DNA of 64,000 nt from Salpingoeca rosetta (Eukaryota; Protista; Choanoflagellata): NCBI GenBank assembly GCA_033442325.1, contig JAWQFM010000023.1, positions 876,410 to 940,409 on the forward strand. The letters are read 5' to 3'. This document shows, one piece after another, positions 30,086 to 43,808 of the stretch; the first letter of the stretch is position 1, and every line of letters begins with the position of its first letter. Under the pieces are notes generated by a model that saw nothing but the letters and a program-made list of their open reading frames with translations, was not told the origin of the DNA and did not search any database. A program made the position numbers and the translations under genes.

Positions 30086-32654
30086 AAGTGAGTGAGAGAC
30101 AGAGAGACAGAGAGAGAGAGAGATTGTGTGTAAGTGAGTGCGGGTGGGAGAGAGACAGAGAGATGTTGGGGCATCAAGATAAACACACCAAGGAAAGAGC
30201 TCAAGTACAAGCACTGCACACAAGACAAGCGTGAGGACCCAAACACAGTGAAGCGCACACGATAGCAAGCGTACCCTGCTGCTTCAATGGGTTGGCAAAC
30301 TCGGCCAGCCCCTGCAGAGACAGGCAGGCGATGAGCTGTCGCAGGCCATCGTCCGTCGGTTGCGGTGCGAGACTGCCAAGCAGTCCCATCGCATTCTGCA
30401 GCAGCGCTTCCTCTGCCGCGCAATTTGAAAACCGCGAGTGGAATAGCAAGCAAGAGAGCGAGCGCATACGGGAGTGTGAATGGTGCATCCTCAAGTCACC
30501 AGCACGTGCGTGTCCACGAATACACAAGCGCACAAGCGCACGCGGACAAACAAACAAACAAACACAAGCACACACAAGTACAAGCATGCGCACACACGAG
30601 CTACATCCACGCTCTGTACGCTCCACAATGTTCTCCACAAGCGCACCTTTCTTCGGCAGCGCTGCGTATGTGTCTGCTGGCATCTGTGCAACGGGCCGCG
30701 GTCCTCCATACGCTGGTGTCCGCTGCTCATCGACGTCCGTGTAGATCTAAACACATGTGACGAGATCATTCATGGGGTGCGGGACAATATGGAAGGGGTG
30801 AGGACATTGTGTTGTGTGTGTGTGTGTCTGTCTGTCTGTGTGTTGTGTGTGTCTGTGTGTGTGTCTGTCTGTGTGTGTGTGTGTCTGTGTCTGTGTGTGT
30901 CTGTGTGTGTGTCTGTGTTTGTGTGCATGCGTGCAATAAGTTTTGGCGTGCTTTGTCAACACAAAGTGATGACCGATACAACAACTGCAAATGGGTAAAA
31001 AACCAACATCGTCCTCAGGCGCGTGCATGTGTGCCGGCTGCTGCTGTGCCGTGGTTGCGGCTGATGTGCCCGCATATGGCGGAGGCAGCGGTGGCGGTGC
31101 GCGGGCTGCAGCGATCTGTGACTGCAAATTGTCCCCATCATCGTACAACAGGTCCTCCTGCTCTTGTGCCGCCTGACGATGGTGGTGGTGATGATTGTGG
31201 TGATGGCGGTGATGGCGGTGGTGAAGAGTGAGGAGCGTGTTGAGTTGGTCAAACATGGTGAACAAAGCATACAAAATTCGCAAGCACGCTGCATCCGATG
31301 CACTCACACAGACACGCACTGCCAAACCATCAATTCACGCCCAAACACAACCACATGCACACATAAAACGCACTGGCTGTGCGGGCTCTGCGTCGCATTC
31401 CGCGTAAATTGCTCCCTGATCCAAAATCGGCTCAGGCTGCTGCTGTTGCTGCTGCTGTTGTTGCTGCTGTTGTTGCTGCTGCTGTTGTTGCTGCTGTTGT
31501 TGCTGCTGCTGTGGCGCTTGGGGCTGCTGCTGTTGCTGCTGTCCCTCACTGCGAAGACGCAATCAGTTCCGCACAGTAACCAAAAGGGGTGTGCCCATGT
31601 GGTGTAAGACAACAGGGTGAATGCCAAGCGATAAATCTGCATACAAACGACACCAACGGTCACACACGGTCACACACGGTCACACACGGTCACACACGCA
31701 CACACGCACACGCAGCAGACACCAAACACATCATCAGCACCCCGGGCACCACGAGATTATGACTGACGTGTTCTGCGAGAATGCCTTGAGTTGTGCAGCC
31801 ATATCCTGCATGCTTATGGTGCCAGCCTTGACCTTCGCCATCAGACTCACGCGCAGCGTCTCAGGGACAGACGCAATCATCCCAGGTGTTATCTGCAAGC
31901 AGGGAGAGTGAGTGAGTGACTGTGTGACTGTGTGTCTGTGTGTCTGTATGTCTGTGTATGTGTGTCTGTGTCTGTGAACACTTTGATGTGCAGAAGTTCA
32001 ATCGGCGGCAACATGGTCACACAGCCACGGGTCGTTTGTTTGTGCGTGTGAGCTCCATCAAGGTGCGTGTCAACCCACCGAGCCCCCGCGTGCGCGATGT
32101 CCTTCTGGTGATTGGGCATCAGCCTGGTAACCGTGCAAGCAAAGCAAAGTGCATGTGAGTGCGCGTGAGCGTGAGGGAGATGTGACTGTGCATGTATGTG
32201 TCTGTGCGTGTATGTGTCTGTGTCTGTATGTGTGCGTGTATGTGTCTGTGCGTGTATGTGTCTGTGTCTGTATGTGTGTGAGGTTGTGTCTGTGTGTGAG
32301 GGTGTGTCTGTGTGAGGGAGTGCTATTTTGCAAATGTTTGCGGCGGCTGCTGCTCACCTGCTGTTGTGCACTGTCCTGTGCCGGCATTGGTGGGCGTGGC
32401 GGCAGCTCGGGCGCTGAATAATACACACACACACAAAAACACATACAAACATGGAAAAATGCATACACACGCACGATCAGGACCGTGGTCACATAGATTG
32501 GCATTGAGGCCATGAAGTGAGAACGTGTACAGTTGGGAAAGTTGACTTGATGTTCAACGGACAACACAATATGGCGCAGTCTATGCATGCTGTCGGAACG
32601 CACCCAGGTTTGGTGGTGGCAGGCCACGCTTCAGAGTGCCCGTTTTCTGTTGAG

Positions 32655-32693
<39 letters not shown>

Positions 32694-33397
32694 CGCACAC
32701 GAAGGCGGTTGGAAGTGACGGTGTCAACCCATGCAAATCAGGGGCAAGCAGTCATAGCAATGCAAAACAAAACCGCAGCATGAATTGGGACAGTACCCGC
32801 GAACACATGTATCCACGAACAAACACATGTATCCACGAACAAACACATGTATTCACGAACAAACACATGTATCCACGAACAAACACATGTATCCACGAAC
32901 AAACACATGTATCCAGCGTCACTCGGCAGCAGCACGAGAGGAGCAACGCACCGGTGCATCGCCAACGTTGAACGGGACAGCATAGATGTCGCCTTCAGGC
33001 TGCTGTTGTGGTGGCTGCTGCTGTGGTTTTGGCTGCTGTGGTCGCTGCGGCGGCTGTTGCTGCTGTTGTTGCGCCATCGGTGACGGCCGCGGTGGCGCAG
33101 CAGAGGACACGGCAGACTCGTCCACCTTCCCGTAGAAGGCAGCATCTTCCTGTGGCTGTGGCTGCTGTGGCTGTTGTTGCTGCTGTTGTTGCTGTTGTGG
33201 TGGCTGTTGTGGTGGCTGCTGTTGTGGTCGAAACGCCTGATCAACCAGCGACGCTGGCGCCTCCCCCTGAACACACACGCGCATGCAACGAGGACCGAAG
33301 AACGAAGGATGGATACACGTGAGAATCAGCATACAATGTGATCAACATACCTGGGACAATAAATACAAGCATGTGTGTGCTTGTCTGTGTGTATGCT

Positions 33398-33447
<50 letters not shown>

Positions 33448-33700
33448 CGTCGTCATGCGCCCTGTCTGCATGTGCATGTGCAAACAATCACTTCCGCTCC
33501 CCCCCCCGCTCCCCTCCACCTGGCGGTGGTGGTGGTGCGAATGGTGTACCAGCGCGGAGAGCTCGACGATGAGGGTGCCGAGGAGCTGGGCCTTGAGCGC
33601 CTGGGGAAGATGACTCGCCGCAATCTGCAGCGAGGGACGTGACGCGTGTTGAGCGGTGGGCACATAAGGCCACAAGTGCAGGTACAAGTACAGCAGGCAG

Positions 33701-33753
<53 letters not shown>

Positions 33754-34177
33754 TACACAAACACAAACAAACAAACAAACAAACAAACAAACAAACAAAC
33801 AAACAAACAAACAAACAAACAAACAAACAAACAAACAAACAAACAAACAAACAAACAAACAAACAAACAAACACACAAACAAACAAACAAACAAACAAAC
33901 AACGCACGCACACCAACATGCTCGCCCGCGCACCTCGTTCATCTTCATGAGGAGCTCTTCGCGTGTCGGACGGGACTGCTGTGCACCTGCGAGCGGATTT
34001 GAAGTGTCAGCGGCAGATGCAGTAGTGGCTGCACCCCCCTCTTCCTGTCCCTCTTGTTCTTCTTCCTCTTCGTCTTCCTCGGCAACAGCCTCCAGAAGCG
34101 CCTTCTCTTTGCTCTCCTCCTCCGCTTGCTTCGTCGCTGTGTGCAGATGCACGAGGCATGGACGTGAGAGAACGTGT

Positions 34178-34233
<56 letters not shown>

Positions 34234-34645
34234 CGGGTGGATGGAGAACACGTCCACACACGACAAGTACATGCATGATGTAACATATAACATACAACAC
34301 GGCACACAACCCACACAACACAGCACAACACGCAGCACGCATTGCCAAACACAGCAGGTGCCGTACCAATCTCGAGCAGCTGTGTCTCCATCTGGGCAAC
34401 GGTGATTTCGCCAGCCCGCACCTTCATCATCAGCTCCGTTCGCTTCTCCTCGGGCACGCGCGCAATCGCAGTTGGATCAACTGCAACACACACACACACA
34501 CGCGCATGAATAATACATACAAACAGACATGCGCACATGTGCACACACATACACACACGGAGCACCATCGCGAGAAATAACGTGAGAAAGAGCGTGAGCG
34601 GTTTTGGGCGTCAACTTGTGCACACATCCGCGTGTGCGTGTGTGT

Positions 34646-34692
<47 letters not shown>

Positions 34693-34708
34693 TGTGTGTG
34701 TGTGCGTG

Positions 34709-34755
<47 letters not shown>

Positions 34756-35328
34756 ACTGCCAAGAGCTCTATACTGCACTTCGCAGGACCAGTGAAAGGC
34801 GTTCTTCCATCGCTGTAATGCCCTCGCTTTCCTATGGCTCCCTCTGTCGCAGATCCGCCCTACACCGATGGACACCTCATCCAGATTACAAGTTGACTGT
34901 ACGTATCTAGTGAAGTCGAGCAAGCGCGTAAAATGAGGACCGACGTGGCTGGTCAGGACGAACTATACACAAAAGTCTAGTACAGTATAAAAACGGTGAT
35001 ATCAGGGGTTCTCCTGTTGTAGCCGTGTCACTAGCTTGCTGTTGCTTTTTCGACGGCCCCTGCATGGTACTTCAGCTTGATTTCTACTGGTGTGGTGATA
35101 TTCTAGTTAGACTGTTGGTTGATTACACCTGTGGAACAGGTCCTAATGTGTTAGGGTAGCATGCATCTACATAATCAAGAGCACGGTCTGGGGGTCGAGA
35201 ATAGTGTAGATAGCGAGAGATTGCTTGCTTACTCTTTGACCCCGGCCGAGCGTTGCTGCGTGCTCAGCAGTTGTAACGACGCTCTTAAGGATAAATAACA
35301 TTGGGGTTTGGACTCGACAGGTGAAACT

Positions 35329-35398
<70 letters not shown>

Positions 35399-37825
35399 AC
35401 GCAACTCCTCACCCGGTTGCCGCCGTCTCCTTGACGTTCTCGCGAATGCTGTCCATCGTCATCGCAGCCAGCGACCCGGCGCGCAGCTGGAATGAGTGTG
35501 TGTGTGTGTGGGTGGGTGTGGTTGGGTGTGGGTGGGTGTGGGTGGGTGTGGGTGGGTGTGGGTGGGTGTGGGTGGGTGTGGGTGGGTGTGGGTGGGTGGG
35601 TGTGTGGGTGGGTGTGTGGGGGGGTGTCAGAGAGAGGCGAACAAACAGGCATGGGAACAACCCGCGAAAGATGAAGGTGGGTAAGAAACCACAAACAGCA
35701 CGGGTGGGTCCAACCCCAACACACACGCGCACGCTCGCCGAGAACACAACAACCCAAACCCCACACCACGCCAACCATTGGTCATGCTCACCCTGGTCTG
35801 TCCCGTCACGTGCTGCACAATCTCCTTGATGTCCTCGTGCATGTCTTCGGGCGCAACGCCATACAGCGCCTGCTCGCCCGCTTGGGCCGTCGCGCCTGCC
35901 GCTGTTGGTGTTGCTGTTGGCGTTGCTGTTGGTGTTGCTGTTGGGTTTGCTGTTGGGTTTGCTGTTGGGTTTGCTGTTGGGTTTGCAGATGGAGCGCTTG
36001 CCGCATCAGCGGTGACGTTCGTGTACACTTCCTCGGGTGGGGCGAGGGGTGTGGTTGGTTGTGGCTGCTCTTGTGGCTGCGGGACGCGTGGTGGAAGTGA
36101 CGGCTTGGCCTCAGCCATGCTCGCTGCCATCTCTGGCGTGACATTGGTGTACACTTCCTCGGGTGGCGCAAGCGGCGTGGTCGGTTGTGCCGGCTGTTGC
36201 TGCTGCGGTGCGCGGGGTGGGAGCGACGGTGTGTCGGAAGCAGTCGCACCTGCCATCTCTGGCGTGATATTGGTGTACACTTCCTCGGGCGGTGCGAGAG
36301 GCGTTGTTGGTTGTGGCTGTTGCTGTGGCAGTGGCGCACGCGGTGGCAGGGACGGCGTTTGCTCGCCCTCGCTTCCAGATGCATGCTGTGCTGCGACGTC
36401 GCTGTTCTGGTAGATGTCCTCACCAGCCGGCAGCAGTGTTGGCTGCTGCTGCTGCTGCGGAACAGGGGCACGTGGGGGAAGCGATGGTGTTGATGCGGAT
36501 GTGGATGTGGATGTGGTGGCTGCTGCCATCTCTGGCGTGATGTTCGTGTAGACCTCTTCGGGTGGGGCGAGAGGGGTGGTGGGCTGGGGCTGTTGTTGCT
36601 GCGGCACGGGTGCGCGAGGAGGGAGGGATGGTGTTGCCTCTCCTCCTGTTGCTGCTGTTGCTGCTGCATCGCTGCCGACCACTTGCTTCACCACCTCTTC
36701 GTTCTGATACAGGTCCTCGTCTGGCGGCAGCAGCGTCGTGGGTGGCTGCTGCGGCTGCTGCTGGTGCACGGGGCCACGTGGGGCGAGTGGCGGCGTGGCA
36801 GCCGTGGTGTCCGCACCCAAGGTTGCCTTCACCACGTCATCGTTTTGATACACATCCTCGCCCGGCGGCAGCAGCGTCGTGGCAGCGGCAGTGGATGCTG
36901 CCGACGATGGGGTGGATGAAGCGAGCTTTGGCTTGCTTGTTGCACTTGGTGCAGCGGGGGCGATGTTGCCGTAGAGCTCGTGCTCGGGCACACCGTAGTC
37001 GACGGGCTGTGGCGGGACAGCCGCTGCCGGGTTTGGCTCGCGGGGCGGCAGAGACGGCGTTGTGGGCGCGGCAGTGGCAGCGGGTGTTGTTCTGACAGGC
37101 GGTGCTGCGGTTGGTGCAGAAATGGGTGGGGCCTTCGTGCTGATGGAGCTCTGGCGGCGTGGCGGCGCCTCTGCCGGCGGCTGCTCGAGCGTGGGTTTCT
37201 GCGGGTGCTCCACGTTCTGGTAGATGTCCTCGTCGGCACCCTGGAGTGGTGTGGACGGCGCCGGGCTGGCCAGGGGCACGGGCTCGCGCGGCAGGATGGG
37301 TGGAGAGGACTCTGTGAGCAGGAAGTCTGGTGGCGGCGGAAGTGCGCCTCCTTCACTGGTGGCTGCAGGTGGTGCGGGCTTGGCTGGCTTGCTTGGGGGC
37401 GGTGGCTGTGCCGGTGCATTGGGCTTGCTGGATGGCGGCGCTGGCTTTGCCGGCTTTGCCGGCTTTGCCGATGGCGGTGCGGGCTTTGCCGGCTTTGCCG
37501 CTGGCGGTGCGGGCTTTGCCGGCTTTGCCGCTGGCGGTGCGGGCTTTGCTGGCTTTGCTGGGGCGGGTGGCTTGGCTGCTGGGGCCGGCTTCGGTTTGGG
37601 CTTTGGCTGTGGCTGCCCTGTGGGTTTGGCTGGTGCGGGCGGAGGTGCTGGCTTGCTGGCTGGGGGCGCTGGGGGCGCTGGCTTTGGTGGTGGCGCAGCA
37701 GGTGGCGGCTTGCTTGCGCCTGGCTTGGGTGCAACTGGGGCTGGCTTGGATGCAGGCTTGGGGGCCACTGGCACAGGCTTTGCCGGCTTGCGCGCTGGCG
37801 GCGGTGGTCCTGGTCTGCTCGCCAT
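29511..37825 (-). CDS. Large Pro-rich tyrosine-motif docking/scaffold protein with C-terminal SAM domain
   Basis: Multi-exon model starting MASRPGPPPPARKP. Many acidic Y motifs and PSLPPR repeats. The last three exons splice in phase to LSLQGLAEFANPLKQQGYEDPSFLVDATADMLVGPGLAPDTATAQRIINAA (SAM pattern). Confidence 0.75.
32801..32915. repeat. Intronic 20-bp minisatellite (acatgtatccacgaacaaac), about 5.5 copies
   Basis: Seen directly; head-to-tail with no spacers. Confidence 0.92.
33765..33903. repeat. (AAAC)n microsatellite
   Basis: Seen directly. Confidence 0.95.
35508..35622. repeat. (GTGGGTGGGT)n G-rich intronic repeat with G-quadruplex potential
   Basis: Repeated GGG runs separated by 1-3 nt. 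Confidence 0.85.
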
Positions 37826-38860
37826 CTTGTGTGTGTGTGTCGTGTGTCTTGTGGTTTGTTTGCTGGTTTGTTTGTGCCAAGTTGGCTTGGCGCGGTGCTT
37901 GGATATGACAGGCCAGTTTTTTTTTTTTTTTTTGTTTGTTTTTTCTTTTGGTGTGTGCTCTGTGCTGTGTGGGGGGGGGCCGGAGGGGAGGGGGCTCTGC
38001 CTGTCTGCTTGCTGTCTTGCTGCTCCTGTGTTCGTCTTGTTTGGTGCCTCTACACCTGGCGTGATTTGTGCCTTTCGTCCTTCTTGTGACACGTTGTGTC
38101 TTGTGGATGCCTGGGGATGCTGGAGATGTGTCTGTGAAAGCAGGAAAGCGAAAGCACAATGCCCTAATGCCAGCATGTAAAAGAAGTGTGGATGTCTACA
38201 CTACACATAGTACAGAGTACACATGCTCCAACACACACTTCTCCTTGATGAATCATCATCAACTACATAGTCAGCCGTCAATGCTTGCTTCTTACAACCA
38301 TTTTCTTGTGATGGTGGCTCTGTTATTGCTTTCAGCCGCATGCCTTCGTGCTTTCGTGCTTTCGTGCAAGGGACCGATCCAACAAAAGAACAAAGACCAA
38401 GAGGAGAAGAGGAGAAGAGGATGAGCAACTCCACCCCCCTCCTGAGTGTGCACCAAGCAGGTTGTATGCTTTTCGGCCTTGCTTGGTCTTTGATGGTGGC
38501 TTGCTTTCTTTTCATCAGAACACGGACAAAGAACCAAGAGGCAAGTGCTCTGCAGTAAGCACCGAGTGCACGCAAGCAACGTACATCGTTGGTGAAAGAG
38601 AGTAACATAATGTAATGTAACAGAAAGACTCAATGACGAAGCAGCGACTGTCGACTGAAGGAAGAAGTGGAAACTTAACAGCGCAGGAGGAGGTGCATAC
38701 TCGATCCCAGCAATCACACCACGACCACAGTGGAAGCCAACAACCATGATCACACCACACTGGCGCGGAAGGGGGGGGGGAAGCACAGGCCGGCGCACAA
38801 GACCAGCACACAAGGCCAACGAGGAAAGCGGATGGGATGGCAGCTGTGCACTGGAGAAAC

Positions 38861-39125
38861 TCAAAGGGACGCCAGCAGGTCGTTGATGCGCGCATGCACC
38901 GCATCGATGTCCAGTGGTGTTGGCATGCCGTCGTTCGGCAGCACGGGGAGCGTGAGCCTGGTTGAGGAGTTGGGTTGGCAGGTGGTGATGGTGCCGGTGA
39001 TGGTAATGGTGGCAGATGTTGGTGATGGTGATGGTGGTGTGGTGTGTGAGTGGATGTTGACGCGGAAAGCACACAGTAAGTTGAAACAAGACGCCCCAAC
39101 GACACACCCATCAGCATCCACATCG

Positions 39126-39171
<46 letters not shown>

Positions 39172-39796
39172 GAGGCGCAAGTGCACACCTAGATGGGTAT
39201 GCTGGTCCCGTGTAGATGGTGTTGGCTGCAGGGATGGAGGCAGTGGAGTTGTTGGCGAGCGGGCGGCCTGTGTTCGGGTTTGCGCTGAAGCGCGGATAGT
39301 TGGACGAGCTGATGTCCACGCGGATGCGGTGGCCTGCGTTGAAGATGTACGCCGTCGTCCACACACTCACCTGGCGCACACGTGTGTGTGTGCGTGTGCG
39401 TGTGTGCGTGTGCGTGCGTGTGTGTGTGTGTGTGAGTGAGTGTGGTGAAAGTGCTTGAGCAACAAGCAAGGGACGAACACGCCTTTCCTCAACGTTCCAC
39501 ACTTGACTGGATGTGCGTGTGTGTATACCTCAGCCATGTAGACTTTGCCGGGCGTGAGGAGGTGCGGGGCGCGGGTGTCGTTCGCCCAGCGCATGCGCAC
39601 GATGCCATCCTGCAGCATCATGGACGTGCCGTTGGGGTAGACGTCAAGCACCTTCACCGTAAAGTCCGTGTCACTGCCGCCAGCGAAGAACACGCAGTGG
39701 GTGTGTGAGCTGCTGGAGTCGATGGCTTGGGATGCAGTCATGCAATGCAGCACCCCAAGCAAGCAAGCAAGCAAGCAAGCACGCAATGCAGCACCC

Positions 39797-39883
<87 letters not shown>

Positions 39884-41808
39884 ACACGCACACGCACACA
39901 CGCGTACGGGAGACGCACGTGCAGTTTGTGCTGACGAAGAGCTGTGCAGTCATCTCGCCGCTGACAATGACGGGCGACTCAAGAGCGACAGACGTGAACG
40001 AGGCAACATCGCCCCGCTTCTCCAGCTGGCGCTGGTCGTAAGGGCCGCACTGGGGCAGGAGGAGGTTGTTACCGCCGAGCGTGGGCACGGGGTCGCTCGG
40101 GTCGTACACATAGCTCACCTTGGCTGAGAGTTTGGAAGGGAAATGGGGAAGGGGAGAGGCCAAAGAGAATAAGCAGGCAAGATGAGATGGGGAGAGAACG
40201 TGGGAACGAGGAATTAACAAGCATTTGCACCACGCTTGGTGCTCAAATCCTCCACACAGACAGACACAGACACAGACAGACACAGACAGAGACACACAGA
40301 CACAGACACACACAAACGTAGACAGACACAGACAGAGACACAAACATAGACACAGACACAGACACACACACAAACGTAGACAGACACAGGCAGAGCCACA
40401 CAGACACAGACACACACACACAAACGTAGACAGACACAGACACAGACAGACACAGACACAAACCTTACCGCCCTCGACGGGAGTGCCTTTGATGAGCAGC
40501 TCGGACGTGCCGTTGAGATAGAACTTGGTCGCCTTGCCGACGGGCAGCGCATCCGCCTCTGCCCAGTAGTTGCCAAAGGGGCCCGCCCCCTTACCCGGGG
40601 CGCTGCTCGCACCCGCAGGGCCCATGACGTAATACTGCACAACAGGCGCATTTGCCTGACGCAAGACAGCAGCTGTACGCGCGTGGACGTCGTTGATGAG
40701 TGCCGTCTGCTGCGATGTGGAGAGCTTCGCCCAGGCGACGCCGTCGACACCAAACACACCGCCATTGGCGCGTTCGACTTGGTCCGCAGCAGCGGCGAGC
40801 GTCTTGAACAGCGCAACGGCCAGCGCCTCAGCAACAGCGATGCCATTCACGCCATTCGGCCACGGCACCTGCAGCAGACAATTGGAGCGGGTGTGTGTGT
40901 GTGTTTGGGCAGGCGAGTGGGGCGGGAGTGTGAAGCAGTCAATGATGATGGTCATGATGATGATGATGACGATGATGATGACGAGAAGGAAAGGGTGCTC
41001 GTGGGTGCAAATTGTGTGGAAACAAGATGGCGCTCAGTCAAGTATTCTCGCAATGGTGGCGGGCATAGGAAATAACATCAGACAGTTGGACACGTACCTC
41101 GCCCCCTGGGCAGTGGCCTGTGGGCACGACGACAAGGAAGTTGAGGCCACGACCAATGGTGCTCTGCGTCTGATAGCCTTCGTATGCGCGCAGTTGCTCC
41201 TGCAAAACGGCACGTGGACAACGGTGGTGCGGAACAACGTGTCGTTGCGTCGTGTGAGAGCAGGGGTGGTTTGCGCTGTCCCCGCGATGAAATCAAACGA
41301 AACGAAACCAAACCAAACAAGCAAGCACGCACGCACGCACGCACGCACACAAGCAAAGTCAGCAACTAAGCACGCAAGCAAGCAAGCATGTTAGCACGCA
41401 CGACCCCTCCCCCACGCCCACCACCCTCCCGTTCCACTTACGTGGTTGAAGATGTCATACCAGCCCGTGAGGTGGACAGCAGGGGCAGTGACATCCTTCC
41501 ACTTGTCGGTCATGGAGACAGGCTCGTAGAAGGAGCTGAAGGCCTCGTTGTCGACAAAGTTGTGCTCAAAGCTCAGTTCCTTGATGCCGTCGAGCCAGCC
41601 ATGGATGAGCGAGTAGCGATACGCTGAAGGAAAAGGCGAACAACGGGGGAAGGGGAATGTCAGTAGCGGTGAGGGTTGAAGGGAAGACGGAGATGTAGAG
41701 ATATGGAGTGGCAGGCAACAGCCACACCGACAACGAATGAGCAAACACGAAACACAAGCCCAAGCATGCAGACCCCCTTGTCTCATGCAGGGACATGCGC
41801 CATCGTGC

Positions 41809-41899
<91 letters not shown>

Positions 41900-43508
41900 T
41901 TCGTGTCCAGCTCCCATCTCTCCTGTGTCGCTCATGCATCCCATGTGTGTGTGTGTGCTCACCTCCGCCTTGGAAGATGGTGCGGTGGAGCTCTGCGGTG
42001 GCGACGACGACATACTGCCCGAGCAGCACCTCCACAACAGAGGGATCCGCCTCCTCCAAATACGCTGCAATGCCGTTAGCGCTCACACCTGTGCAGTGGG
42101 AAGGTCGCACATGCATGTGCGTGGGGGTGTGAGTGCATGTGTGTGAGCGCGCGCGCGCGTGTGTGCGTATTGCGTGAATATTGCGCGTGAGCATGCAGTG
42201 CGCGTTCTAAGATTGTATGTGTGTGTATGTGTTTGAAAAGTTGACCATGCCGACTGCGTGCTTCCCGCTTCGTGCTGTGCGTCTCACCTTGTGCGAAGAC
42301 GCGCTTGTTTGACCACGACTGCTTCTTAATCCAGCTGTTGAAAGCGAGAAAAGCACATTGCAGTGTGAACTAAACAATTGTATGAACTTGAGGTTTGTTT
42401 ACGACAACTACAGCAAGCACACACAGACACACAGACATACGCACACACGCACAGACACACACACACACAAAGTGTGAGCTCACTGGATTGTGTCGGCTCC
42501 ATCGCTGGTGGCATTGAACCAGCACATAAAGTCGCCCTTGCTCTGGTAACGACCACGAAAGTCCTGCATGACAGCCACAAACCCTTGATCCACTGCAGCA
42601 GCAAGCATGTGCAGCAGTGGTTTGTCGACATGTTGAGTACACTCACCACGCGACATGAAACCTTCAACGACCGCACAGACAGACAGACACAGACACAGGA
42701 ACAGACACAGGCAGACAGACAGACACCCACACCCCCCCCCCACACAAACACAAACACCCAACCACACACCCACCCACCCACCCACACACAAACACGTGTG
42801 CAGTGGGCCGTACCCCACATCTCGCCGAGGCCTTTCAAGCCAGTGGCGCCGTAAGGCGTACGCATGAGCACTGCGGCCTTGTGCTTGCCAATGTCTTTGA
42901 CAGGCTCAAACACGATGGTGTGCAGCTTTGTGCCGTCACGCATCTCCACCATGTGGGTGGTGGTGACATACGGTGTCTTGCCCACGGTGCCATTGCTTTG
43001 CCCTGCACGGCAAGGCGAATCAGGGGCGGGGGGTGGGAGGCAAGTCATCTGAGCGCAAACAGGGGACCAGCACAAACTGCCACATCAGCGAACCCACATG
43101 TACTTTATTCGCCTGCAAGCAGTGCCACAACCAAACATCACCACATGCATGCGTTTCACCTACACAAACACAGACACAGAGACACACACACACACACAGA
43201 TACACAGACAGAGAGAGAGCGAGAGAGAGAGACACACACACACAGACACACACACACACAGACACAGACACAGGCACAGGCACAGACACAGACACAGACA
43301 CAGACACACAGACAGACACACACACACACAGACACACAGACAGACACACAGACAGACACACACACACACAGACACACAGACACACAGACTCACCAACGAG
43401 GTGGTGAGGAAACAGCTGTTGTGCGTGGGCACTGCCTGTGGCAACAACAACCAACACCGCCACCAGCAGTGCCGGCAGTGCCAGTGATCGAGTCGTCAAC
43501 AGCAACAT
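38861..43508 (-). CDS. Secreted CocE/NonD (peptidase S15) family alpha/beta hydrolase
   Basis: Signal peptide; [11 protein letters not shown]; LMRTPYG; [14 protein letters not shown]; nucleophile GVSANG; GWYDIF; PTGHC; C-term [50 protein letters not shown]. Confidence 0.9.
39756..39883. repeat. (GCAA)n microsatellite
   Basis: Seen directly. Confidence 0.95.
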
Positions 43509-43623
43509 GCTCACGTCACACAAAGACTTACAAGGAAGGAGGTAAATCAAAACAAGAAGCAAAACAAACAAAAAAGGTTGCATTTCGTCATCGCTTGAAA
43601 AGACACCATAAGTTGTAGTCAAG

Positions 43624-43776
43624 ATGCCGGAAGACGGGGGAGAGCGCAACAGCAGCAGTCGGCTGCCGCTGAGCGAAGACGAGATTCGCGCAAAGGTGCG
43701 CACGCACTGCTGACCTGGCATGTTCGAGGATGCCGTGTTGTCTGGCTCACCCACTCATTACTCATTCGACACCACC

Positions 43777-43808
<32 letters not shown>

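Noticed and set aside
32801-32915. 20-bp repeats as a CRISPR array
   Set aside because: Head-to-tail with no spacers, intronic, eukaryotic context, and no cas genes.
35900-35990. gggtttgctgtt repeats as telomeric sequence
   Set aside because: They encode PTAN/PTAT peptide repeats within the scaffold exon.
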